A stretch of DNA of 62,822 nt, filler included, from Choristocarpus tenellus KU-1152 (GCA_964200185.2; 13 parts of 13 records of this genome joined end to end with filler, not necessarily neighbours in it), one strand, 5' to 3'; positions 37,747 to 49,920 are shown, counted from the whole stretch's first letter. Notes: generated by a model from the letters alone, not told the origin. Made by a program: numbers and translations.

Positions 37747-38950
37747 CTTGACGCAGACATGAGGGACAACCAGTTGCTGATGTTGAAGATGGTAAGCATG
37801 CCAGCAAAACCGGCAATTTCTGGGTGGTTTTTGGTGACAACCATCATTTCATCTAGGCAAAGGGGGTGCAGGACGGTGTCGGAGTCGGTGTTCAAGAAGT
37901 ACTCGGTTCCCACAGATTGAGAAATCTTTTAGGCTGTGTATAAGGCCTCCCGCTTACCCTTGTGTGGCTGTGCAATGATGTAAACCTGCATGGCGATAGG
38001 TTTGGAGGGTCAGGGTCAGGTTGCATTCCCTAGCAGAAGAGCCACGTGACAATCATTTGGAGCTGACTCTTCTTCAAAATGCACACATTAGGGTTGAATT
38101 CAATTTAATCCAATGATTTGGATCAAGATAGAGGGCGATGGATGAGTGAGAGTGTTTGGGTTTGGGTGGGTGAGATTAATAAATCAGGTGCGAACGAGGG
38201 GCGACAGTCACAAGACACAAGTAGAAAGGCAATCAAGTGCCAGGTGGCATCCATCTACGACCCACCCCATCACCACGTTCATTCTACAAATCCGGTTTCG
38301 TGGAGTTATTGCCCACCTGTGTGGTTGGATTGGCCGAGGGAGCGCTCCCAAGACGGGCAATCAACTCCTCAAACCCCCCCTCAGTCTGTCGAGGATCGTC
38401 CTCAAGACGAATACTTTGTGCCTCTGAGCCAAAGACCTGCTTTGCGATGTCCACCATGTAGCAATCCTCATCCTCATTGCCGTCTATCACCAAGATGATG
38501 GCACCAATGTTAGAATACTGGAGATCCTTGGCCGAGAGGAGACAGTTGAGGTAGTACACTGGATCCTCCCGGTATCCCACAATGTGGACTGTAACGGACG
38601 TCTTCCATGGGTCCTCCATGCTGTCCTCAACGGCACACTTGGATAGACTATCTACCCTGCGCCGGTTCAGGTAGGCCAATGCAAATGTAAAAATGTAGTA
38701 GGATATCGACATGATCCCGTCTGCGTACAATGGGCGGAAGTACGGACGGGTAGTCAAGACGATATAGGTAGCACAATGACAAGGAAGTCAGACAGTTCTG
38801 CTGGAGGATCATCAAGGAGGGAGTAGAGTAATGTTGAGATTGTTGCGGAGGGACTTCTGAGAAGTCCCTGGTGTGCAGGCGTCAGATACTAGCTTCTTAC
38901 GAAGGCCCTTCCGAGCAGATGAAAACACGTGGTGAAAGTTATGGGGGACA
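37747..38950 (-). pseudogene. Hyaluronan synthase/NodC-like GT2 glycosyltransferase, N-terminal half. Exons ~38950-38317 and 37985-37747, with an in-frame TAA and a disrupted 5' end
   Basis: Reads TVHIVGYREDPVYYLNCLLS..Y..ILVIDGNEDEDCYM | VYIIAQPHKGKREALYTA*KIS..FLNTDSDTVLHP..PEIAGFAGMLTIFNISNWLSLMSASR. Phase-0 intron CAG|GTGGGC...TGCAG|GTT. Confidence 0.88.
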
Positions 38951-39049
38951 TTGCAGCGATGGTAGGAAGGGGTTGAGATCGGTATTTAGTGTTGAAGACA
39001 CCTAACAACCTTTCGATAAGATCTCAAGACACGAGTTTATCGCTACCTA

Positions 39050-39657
39050 CAGTTTACCAGATCCGCAGTCAGAGGGAATATATTGCATTTCTTGTGGTTG
39101 CTTCGGCGCCATGCACGCATATTGATAGTGGGCGGTTCCCCTTCGAGCAGTTTCCACGTTGTCGTTGGTGGTGGATGGACATACTCTTTTGTGTCAAGTG
39201 TTCAAGTGTTCAAGGGTGTGGCATTTCGTGATGTTTTTCGAAGTCTAGAATCAACACACACTCCATCGTCGTCATCACAGAGAACCAAAACGATTGCCCA
39301 CGTGTAATCGACGGATACGGATGTGTCGTATTGATGAAGAATTAATTGGTCGTGTCTCGAGGTCGTGAATCGGTGGACCCACTTTCGCTCAGCGCTTCCA
39401 CATTTGCGTCATATCTGAAACAGTGTTCGGGCAATGGTACTACGCAAGATATCCACTGTCTGCATGAAGCAACACTCACAGCCTGTCACGTAGAACATGC
39501 CGGAATTGAAGCTCGTGAAAGTCCCCAGGAGATATACCGTGATGCACGCCGCGCAAGCGACGATCATGAACAGGAGCTTCCCCAACCACCAGAAGCACTG
39601 CTCGCGCGCTTCCGACCGACTTCTGTCACCGGCAGCAGCACCCTTATCCACACCCAT
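39050..39657 (-). pseudogene. Degenerate intronless ORF with an N-terminal membrane anchor, upstream of the HAS-like gene
   Basis: Starts MGVDKGAA..WWLGKLLFMIVACAACITVYLLG. Coding-like sequence continues through frameshifts and stops (…PPPTTTWKLLEGEPPTIN…). Confidence 0.35.
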
Positions 39658-40036
39658 GGTCTTTGCACTGTGTTGTGGATGTGGATAATTCGGACTCACA
39701 ACCTCTGAGATCCGCAGAAGGCGCGAGAAAAGGTCAAGTCACCCACTATACAGTCCATATATATTGAAGTCTGATTTTAGTACTTTGTACCATATATTTG
39801 AGTATTCTACTTACGGATATTGTTGGATTTTTGATATTCTTACCGTATGTGTTGGAGGATGTATTTTTATTCATGGGGGTTATTATAGCACTTTATACCA
39901 TGTTTTGGATACTTTTTTCACGTTTTTGCACCTAGCCTTGCAAATTAGAATCATCCCGTCTGTGAGCCGGACCGGTCCCCCAATTTGTTTTACATGTCCT
40001 GCTCCATGTCCACCACGTGTTGAACCAGTCCAAGTC

Positions 40037-40736
40037 AATGGCAGAGTGCCGGATGGACATGCTGTGGGTGGGAATTTTAGGGAGAGTGCATGTCTCGAAA
40101 GTAAGAAGTGGGGATTGGCAGTAGATGTATGTAAAAATTTAAAACTGAGACGCAATAGTTGAAAGAAAAATGGACTGGGCGGGAAAGATAGGGCTGGGAC
40201 TGATGCTAGGTTTATTTCGATCGGTGGGATCGCGTGGATTTATTTTTTCCAATGCTTACATCGTTCAACCAAGCCCAAAGGGCAAAATAAAAATCGAATG
40301 CGTGGGCTCACTGTAGGATGATGTAGAGGGGACCATTTCGTTTAAGGGTAACGCAGGGAAGTTACGAGGTTAGTGATGGGACGTTTACTAAGCACAGGCA
40401 ACCTGTGAATCGGTGGTTGTGTCATGATGAGTAGCCATAAACTCTATGGGTTATAGCTACAAACTCAGAAATAAAGTGGCATAGAAAACAAAAAACAAAC
40501 AAGAAAACCTACATAGGGATTCTAGAGCATCGAATTAGGTCAGAGGGTAGGTGGAGATTCAAGGTGGAGTCACAGATACGAACTTAAGTACAGATAATGG
40601 CAGAGTCCCGGATGGACATGCAGTAGGTGGGAATTGTAGGGAGAGTGCATGTCTCGAAAGTAAGAAGTGGAGATTGGCAGTAGATTTAAAAAAAAAAAAA
40701 CTGAGATGCAACAGTTGAAAGAAAAATGAACTGGGC
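40037..40736 (+). repeat. ~140-bp direct repeat pair (40037-40180 and 40596-40736)
   Basis: AATGGCAGAGT.CCGGATGGACATGC...GAAAGAAAAATG.ACTGGGC occurs twice with high identity. Confidence 0.9.
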
Positions 40737-41543
40737 AAGAACATTAAAAAAAATACAGACAAAGAAGGGCCCACTAATATAAACAGGGGGGTAGGGAAAT
40801 GAATAATTATACCACCTACACCACCCAGTGGACAAATTGTGGGATAACTGTTGAAGTATCCCACACTGGACCCGCGGTTTTTATGGTGCTTTAATGAAGG
40901 ACAAAGAACAGNNNNNNNNNNNNNNNNNNNNNNNNNNNNNNNNNNNNNNNNNNNNTTAATTAATTAANNNNNNNNNNNNNNNNNNNNNNNNNNNNNNNNN
41001 NNNNNNNNNNNGAAAAAAAGAAAAAGAAGGAAAGGGGGAGGAAGGATGGGGGGGGGGGGGGGGGGGGAGGGAGGGGGTAAACAAATTAACAAGAGGGATA
41101 AGGATAAAGCACAACAAGGACCGTTAGCGAAAAGATTAAAATATGGTAAAAGAACAGGGCATGACTAAGAACACAGACAAGGAGACCAGAGTAGACAGAG
41201 GTTGGGCATGGAGACACCTCATCAAGAGACCCAACCCTGTCCAAACGTGCAAGCAATTAAACTGGAGTTGTTTCCGGAATGTGAAAATGACAGGCAGAAA
41301 CAAAGGCCTCTATTCCACACACCAGAGGATGCCCCCTCCCCCCGCGTCAAGGAAAAACAATCGTACCCCCACTAAACAAAAACAAAAACAAACAAACAAA
41401 ATACATGTTAAGACAATACACAAATATGACAAACGCCTTCCAAGCGGTGTAGTTACATAGCCAACGCCAAAAAGGCATCGGCACCACTAGCAACTCCAAC
41501 CAATACCATCCCTCATCCAAAACCCAAACCCCATCGTACACAC

Positions 41544-44500
41544 CTTCCAGGCCCAGAAGGTCCCAACTCATGCAACTCCCTAAGAGCTGCCATGGACTCT
41601 AGCTCATCACCCCCGGACAGGATCCCAACCAGGGCATCCTTTGACCGAGATCCCCCCAGCCCTCCCTCATTCACCCCTCCTCCTCGCCTAGTCGAAGTGG
41701 GGTACAGAGAGATGGCACGTTCTGCAGCTGACAGCGCCTGGATCCCCCGAATCACCAGACGGGCGAGACAGGCTGGTGTAACAAGCCCCTACGTAACGGG
41801 GAGTCGGTCGGCGGGGAGGGCATCACACAAAAATTAGACGTTTTGGGATCATAATCGAGACAAATCCTCCTCAAATGACATCGCTCTGACAGGGAACGAC
41901 CCGAGTCCTAGGGCAGCAAGTCTGGTCTGGTTGCGAAAAGCTGGTTCTCATTTCCAGAAATAAAAAAATTCACGATGTGGAAGGCGGTTGTTGATGTTAA
42001 TGTTGATGTTGATGTTGATGTTCTGCGATGGGTGTGTTGAGCAATACCACAAGGGTGCACAGATCGGATCGCATGGAGTCCAGAGGCTACAGAACGCTGC
42101 AGAACGCTACAGAGCGACCCACAGCCGTTACACAGAGCAAAAAGTCCAATTTCATCTTCTTGAAAACAAGACTTTCCAGAGATATTAAAAAAACAGAATC
42201 TTAGATTCGAGTTTCATCATTCCATAACTGGTCTCAAAAAAATGAGAGACAGTCTAGATTTCTGCACTAAAACACAAGGTGGCACTTCAAAACCCTCAAC
42301 ATGAAAAACAACCAGTACAAATATATATATATATTATATATATATATATGTTTTAACAAATACGTACTCCCTATAATTACTCTGCTGAAAAAAAAGGTTG
42401 TTGATGTTAATAAAAAACTTATCCGCATCCAAAAGCACACAAAAAACCCCTCCAACAACCAGTTAGTCACGTACTGAAAAACACCCCCGGCTCCAACCAT
42501 CTGCTCCACAGGGAAACACCGAACCTAACGCGGGACAAGTCACTCCCCCTGCCAGTCCAGTACCATCATCCCTCTCAATATTCAACATCAACAAAGGAGG
42601 TTGTTTGTTCAATTTTGTTCAATACAACCCAACCTTATCCGTGATTCATTACCCCACCATTTGGGGGGGCAGGGCACCCCCTGAAAATAGTGACCATCTC
42701 CACCTTTGCATTTCCCCCTGGACAACCCAACCCCCCTCACACGTCCCATGTTTGCGCTCATGATGCAGGGCATCAGCAAAGCGGTTGTTTCTTACAGCAA
42801 AGGCTTGAACCAGAAAGTTCTGATGTCGTTATTGTTATTGTGAAATAGTGTGAAATAGTGTGAAACTGCTGTGTACGACCACTGCAGTCAATTGACTCAA
42901 TGGACAACCCATACTTAGAGTGGTACAGTAGTGGTACAGTAGTGGTACAGTAGTGGTAACCTCAAGGTTTGCCGGCCTGACACAACTTAGATCGGGACTC
43001 TCCATACTTCAAAACAAGTGAAAGATTATAAATATAATAATAATAATAATTAATATTATTATTATTGTTGCTATTATTATCAGTCCACAACAGTTGGAAC
43101 TGCCCCCCCTCCCGAAACACCAAGTCATCACTGAAATAAAAATAAAAACAGGAATCCAATTGCCCTGTCTCAACAGGTAACATTCCCGCATACAATACAA
43201 TACAATACAATACAATACAATACAATACAATACAATACAGTAGAGTGTGTTTACTCAATACCAAAAAAAGTCTGAATTGGACTACAGCAGCAACATACAC
43301 AAAACCTCACATCTGCAGCAGGGTCTCAAAAATGCTCACATACAAAACACGCATACGCACATATTTATACACACATAAACACACATAAACACACATAAAC
43401 ATACATAAACACACATAAACACACATAAACACACATAAACATACATACTCACGCACATAAGCATACATCTGCAAACAGTGCCCACAAAAAACCTCCCCTT
43501 GGCCACACCACCTAGCCTCACCTCTCCCACAACAACAAACCCTAGCACTATCCTCAAAACAAAACTTTGCCCTGAATGATCTCACACCAAACCTTCCATA
43601 CATCAAAAAAACACAACGGACACGCCTCCCTCAACAAAGTCCAACTCCCCACACGAGACAACACCCTTTGCTTCATTCCCACCATGCTGTACACACCAAA
43701 AAAACAAAAACAAACTCATCCGGAATACCCAGCCCCCCATGCAATACCCCACCCACCTCATCCAAGCCATCAGCCAGGTCCTCCATGGTGACCCCTCCCT
43801 CCGGCCCAACAGGAGTAACAAGCGACGAAGGATCCAGGGAAAACGCCAATGCAGCCGACGCCTTAGGAGACCCCGCAAAGACAAGAGCGCCCGAGAGCGG
43901 GTCGCCAGCCCCTCGCAAGAGTCTCAACGTCAACTATTTTACGGAGAGGTTTCCATTGACGGAGGCGGAGGTGAACGGCGCAGAAAACGCGTGGGGGGCA
44001 GGGGGTAGCCAGGGTAGGGTCAGGGTTAGGGTTAGGGTTATAATGCATTGGTACATTTCACAGCACGGATTTTGGGAAAAAGCGGAGGAATTGATGGATA
44101 CTGATATGCGGTCAGTAGTGAATGGGATAGGGTTAGGGTTCCCGCTATGGCGCTAATAAAAAATTATTACTAAAAATGAGTACTCGTTGAAACAGGCGTA
44201 CGACAGGTTTGTCCAAACGCCTCCTTGGGTTCAAAGAAAGGATTGTCGTTGGGTAGAGAGATGTAAACAGACGTGGCCATGGGCGGCGGTCGAAGGTTGA
44301 AATTATTAGAAAAAAAGAAGTAGGAACTATCAAATCCAGACCGGTGGTTGCCTGCATTTTCTGAGATTTTTCCTGGAAGATTTTTTTTCTCTTTCTGTTA
44401 GTGATATTTCGTGGAAAAATATTTAGAGCAGTGCGTCGAAGCGATTTTTGATTCAAGATTCAACAGGGTGGAAGATAGTAAGCGCATTTGAGACAACTCT

Positions 44501-45442
44501 TGTGGGAAGAACGTATACTGTGCCTACTTCAGAACAATTTATTTTTAAAAAAACTACCGAAAAAAGAAGTGGTTTTGTGTTCAATAAAAGGCGTTACTCA
44601 ACCTTTCTTCATCATCGTTTTAGACGAACAGCTTACCGATATGCAAAATAGAGGTATACCTTAGAATTCGGCGGTATTGCTTCACCATCAAATAACCCAC
44701 CCGTTTATCCCAACAAGGTGATGATCATAGCACTACAGAGCGTCACAGAATCGAATACCCTTATCTACTCAACAGAAAACACTGTGGGTATTTCATTTGT
44801 TGCAATTAGCTTGTTGGATACGCAAAACCAGTCAGAAAACATCAGTTAAATGAAGGGTACGCTGTCATCACTCTCACCATACACTCATGGAAATAATTCT
44901 AATCAAAATGTAAATAATTCTAATCAAAATGCAAACAATTCTAATCAAAATGTAAATAATTCTAATCAAAATGCAAACAATTCTAATCAAAATGTAAATA
45001 ATTCTAATCGAAATGTAAACAATTCTAATCGAAACGTAAATAATTCTAATCGAAATGTAAACAATTCTAATCAAAATGTAAACAATTCTAATCAAAACGT
45101 AAATAATTCTAATCAAAATGTAAACAATTCTAATCGAAATGTAAACAATTCTAATCAAAACGTAAATGATTCTAATCAAAATGTAAATAATTCTAATCGA
45201 AAAGGAAAAAAGAGCTGGGTGTGCAGTGCAATCCTCACAACCTCTTCAATGCCCATAAACCACGCATGTGACCGCTGATATCACAAACATTCAGAATACA
45301 AAATTGTACCACACACACACACACACACACAATATAACTTAGCAGGCAAGGGAGTACCAAACATCGATAGGACCACCCTCCTCTCACCTGCCGGACCCCT
45401 GCAAAAAGCAACGCCGCAGCTGCCCCCGCCATTGCCGCTCCC
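41544..45442 (-). CDS. Internal exons of an unknown host gene: 45442-45388, 45274-43757 (split by an insertion) and 41788-41544
   Basis: Canonical AG/GT boundaries. Removing 43922-45214 gives an open 225-nt phase-0 exon (RSHAWFMGIEEVVRIALHTQ-LLRGAGDPLSG...ADGLDE). Confidence 0.7.
43190..43450. repeat. (TACAA)n microsatellite at 43190-43238 and (ACACATAAAC)n minisatellite at 43368-43445
   Basis: Directly visible. Confidence 0.95.
43922..45209 (+). mobile_element. Unclassified 1288-bp insertion with 5-bp TSD AAGAG, decayed ORF, 3' tandem array and A-rich end
   Basis: AAGAG at 43917-43921 and 45210-45214. It interrupts an otherwise intact exon and has no TIR or LTR. Confidence 0.75.
44892..45200 (+). 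repeat. 21-bp tandem array, ~14.7 copies of AAYAATTCTAATCRAAAYGYA
   Basis: Directly visible; translates as (NNSNQNV)n. Confidence 0.97.
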
Positions 45443-45632
45443 NNNNNNNNNNNNNNNNNNNNNNNNNNNNNNNNNNNNNNNNNNNNTTAATTAATTAANN
45501 NNNNNNNNNNNNNNNNNNNNNNNNNNNNNNNNNNNNNNNNNNTACATTATGAAAATCGTATCCCCTACCACTTGCTGTGTACAAAACTTCTGAATCATAA
45601 AAACATGTTGCAATTATCTTTCCTCTCAAGGG

Positions 45633-45648
45633 GGTGTTGGAAAACACC
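45633..45648 (-). terminator. Histone 3' stem-loop of H1 (GGTGTT-TTCC-AACACC)
   Basis: 6-bp stem starting GG, 4-nt pyrimidine loop, preceded by AAAACCAACC, ~105 nt after the stop codon. Confidence 0.8.
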
Positions 45649-45753
45649 GGTTGGTTTTGTAGTTACGTTACGTCACGTTACGTCATATATGCAGCAGGTC
45701 AAGGCCGATAGAGAGTAGCACCACATTTTCAGAAGCTCGATGTTTGTCCAGAC

Positions 45754-46564
45754 TTACTTCTTTGTATAGGCATTCCTCTTAGGAGTAGACTTCTTGGGTA
45801 TGGAACCCTTCTTCTTAGGAGTAGACTTCTTCTTGAGTATGACAGCCTTCTTAGGAGCAGACTTCTTCTTGAGTATGACAGCCTTCTTAGGAGTAGACTT
45901 CTTGGGTATGACAGCCTTCTTCTTAGGAGTAGACTTCTTGAGTATGACAGCCTTCTTCTTGGGAGTGGCAGCCTTCTTGGTAACGCCCTTCTTCGTCACC
46001 ATCTTTTTCTTCACGACAACTTTCTTAGGAGCAGACTTCTTTGCTACTGCTTTGGGGGCAATCTTCTTAGGTACAGCCTTTTTAGGGGCAGGCTTTGGGG
46101 AAACCTTCAGGACGACTTTCTTTACTGGCTTCATGGCAGCGGTCTTAGCAGCGGGAGTAAGCTTGTAGGAGGCCTTGATCTGCATGGGGGTGGAGGGCGA
46201 GATGGGTGCGAAACAAGAGGGCTGCATGATATTAAGACTATATCCTCACTGAAGGTAGCGAACGGTACAATTGGGTCACCTTGATCAACTTCCCAGCCTC
46301 AACACCCTTCCTGAGGGCACTGCGAAGCTGGTGTGGAGAAAAGGACAGATCCTTGTGCACAGTGGTCATGTGCTTCTTGATCGCCTGAACGCTAGAGCCC
46401 GTACGCTCCTTGAGTGCCAGGATGGCCTCCACGCACATCTTGCATCGACAACGATGGGGACGGTTTTGTTTTTGAAAATTGCGATCATGTCCAAGTTATT
46501 ACGAAAACAGTCCGCAGCAGCGCAAGATGAATCGACCAACCCATACCTCAGAGTAGGTCGGCAT
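45754..46564 (-). CDS. H1: Histone H1, 200 aa; exons 46564-46547, 46438-46280, 46179-45754
   Basis: Globular domain MPTYSE|MCVEAILALKERTGSSVQAIKK..LRKGVEAGKLIK|IKASYKL and Lys-rich tail with TPKK repeats. Two phase-0 GT-AG introns. Confidence 0.95.
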
Positions 46565-47323
<759 letters not shown>

Positions 47324-47407
47324 TCCGTCTCGTAGTCGACGGACTACCGTTCTAGGCGCCTGGAACATTTCCAGGTCGTGATGCATCTCGACCCCAACTT
47401 CACAATT

Positions 47408-47423
47408 GGTGCTTTTCGGCACC
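47408..47423 (+). terminator. Histone 3' stem-loop of H3 (GGTGCT-TTTC-GGCACC)
   Basis: 6-bp stem (one G-U pair), TTTC loop, followed by ACCC and by purine-rich AAGAGAG at 47435-47441. Confidence 0.85.
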
Positions 47424-47699
47424 ACCCGACCAACAAGAGAGCCAATGATGACCCTTCTCTAGGAGAAAGGCCTTCCATGTTTAGGGTATGTGTGTTGAGT
47501 TGAATGTACAATGAGGGAAGTCAGGCAAGCTCTGCGAAAGGTTTGGAAACATGATAGATAGAATAACTGCTTCTCCGTATACGCCTTGACACTGAGGATA
47601 AATGCAGATGGGCAGAAAAACTGGTGGACGCACGGTGGGATGGAAGAGTTCTTCCGGAGAATCTGCCGATGCAGGCAGGCTCACCTAGGTTGTAGGGAT

Positions 47700-49250
47700 C
47701 AGAAGGGACGGGTGTTTATACATTCGGTAGAGAATGTAGCTTGAGCTGTTCAACGGTGCATACACTATCCCTTTTGACTGTTTTTGTGAGTGTGGTTGCA
47801 GCTAGAGGACACAGGGATAAATGGGGGGTGTCGATGTCGCTGCACTTCCCATACACAACCCAATTGTTAGAAGCCGCTTCGGACCTTGTTCCCACTTCCA
47901 AAATGAAAGTTGTTGCCAGGAGGGTGGTGTGCGAGTGATTAACCCAGGCAATTTCTTGGAGGACTGCGGGAGGCACGGCAACAATTGTGACAGCAGCAAT
48001 GCACAGATCGCTGTATTGTAGTCTCCAAGCAGGTGTTGGAAGGTGGCCGATAATCGACTCTAAACAGGTGAGGGCACCTGCCTTACAATATTTGGCCTCG
48101 ATCTTGCACTACAGCTTTCAATGGCTTTGTCCCCCCTCCAGAAGGATGGGTAATCTTGATATCTACATGAAGAATAGTAAAGAACACATCAATTGTAGTG
48201 AAGGCCAAGCTGGATTCTACCAACCCCTGAAAGACTTGAGTGTAGAAAAGGGCATGGTGGTGTTTCCTTCAATGCATCTATCCGTGAGGAACCTAGCAGA
48301 TTTGTGAGAGAACAAGGATATATGAAGCAACAGTGGGGTCAATGTGTTGAATTCTCCTTATTGACATGTTGGTAGTCTTGAATTGAACTTTACTAATTCT
48401 CTTTATTGATCTATCTGTATGGCGCTTGCTATCCCGCGCTCATTAAGATTTGTAACACTCTCATTGTTGTTGCCATTTTATCCTCTAAGATACAGCATGA
48501 AACTTGTCCTCAATAATGGTTTGACTATTATGTAGTATTTCCTCAGATCGGTTTAGTGCTGTGTGGCAGGAGATGGATATGCTGCAGGATTAGGAGGAAG
48601 ACGTCTAATTGCTCAATATGAAGAAACATAGGATGGATTGTAGCAACTAGAGGGGCATCACTTTGTTGCGATGTATGCTGATAAAGTGCTTCTGAGGTTT
48701 TTTGCACGACTTTATTGCATGGCAACTGATGCCGTAGGTGGAATGTACAGAAGGACATACTAGTTGAATATCAGCCTGATTTCTGAGCTCAATGTTGTGT
48801 ATTGAAGACGGTAGACATGTTGGTTGCCCTCCTAGATCTTTGACAGGAACAGCAGATACCTACCGTAGTTGATGCGTTTTCTAGACCTGTACATGAGGCA
48901 AATCACTCTGTGGACACGTGGATCCTTTTGGTGTATGTTTGCGAGGATAATTTTGGAAGTCTTAGGCGATGTGAACAGTTATCCACTAGGTCGATGTTGG
49001 AATGCAGGCGTCATCTGCAGGGATACTGGAATGTCAGGCATAACTTTTGGAAAGGGTGTGGTCTTACCCCCATTTCCACCAGCTTCTTTTTCAAGGAAGT
49101 GTTAGGCATGGCTGGTAAGGAGTTTAATGCTGATCCAGTCATCCCCCTATGAAGCTCAGAAAGGGTCATGTTTGATGTGGGACGGTGATGTGCGGAAATC
49201 GGACCACCCTGGCAGTGATTCATAAGGTGGCAAAGAGTATTTGGATTGAC
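47700..49250 (-). mobile_element. Highly degenerate non-LTR reverse transcriptase-like remnant
   Basis: Motif relics QVFQGLVESSLAF (cf. G..QG.PLSP.LF) and LQYSDLCIAA..VLQ (cf. YADD), in the correct order. Many stops. Confidence 0.35.
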
Positions 49251-49339
49251 ACATTCAGATCTATAGAAACACACACGTGTATGCAAACTCCCAACTAAAC
49301 AGCAAACACAAAGGTAAACCACGCTTCGGGTCAGAGCTA

Positions 49340-49920
49340 CAAGCAGACTGACAAGTTTCTTTGTACCTTGGAGTCACCATCGGTGATAACATTGATGTCA
49401 CTTCCAAGATCAACTGGTACATAAAGCCTGTGGCTGTATTCATGAGTACTGTCAAGTGCTATTTGATTGAACCAAAGGTGCAACAGTTTAGCTTAAGATT
49501 CAAAGCTCAAGACTGAAGTGCTTGAGGTCCAGCAGTATGGTTGTGTGACATGGATGCACTGCCAGGTTCACTCCATTCCCACCACAACAAATATTTATGG
49601 TGCTGCATCAAACTTGAAAATGGGAACACACTCATCATATTCTGTCATATAAACACATCCTTGTGAAGACTAGGTGTATCATTATTGAGGGACTATGCGA
49701 AAAAAGAGTCTCCTGTTCCCAGGTTCAACTGGGTGCATGGGGGATAATCGATTAATAATCGTGTTGGTGTTTAGGGGAACTTGTAAGTGGGAAGCGAGAG
49801 GAGGGTGGACAGAAGATGTATTATGGATGTGTTTGCCTGATTTTGGGAAGCTTCAGTTCATGTTTGAGGGGTGGTGTACAAGAGCAAAAATCAACATATG
49901 TGGCATGTGTATGTAGTTGA
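49340..49920 (+). mobile_element. 5'-truncated RTE-type LINE remnant (RT C-terminus)
   Basis: Relics F.YLGVTI..D, LKTEVLE..YGCVTW, HILSY..IL.KT.C..IE.TMRKKSLLF.G...M.D.RL..VFGELV.GK..GGQ. Confidence 0.7.

Noticed and set aside
44892-45200. Possible CRISPR array
   Set aside because: Contiguous tandem units with no unique spacers and no cas genes, in a eukaryotic context.
44850-45278. 142-aa Asn-rich ORF as a real gene
   Set aside because: It is open only because the 21-bp unit lacks stops, and it runs across the insertion boundary into the antisense strand of the host exon.
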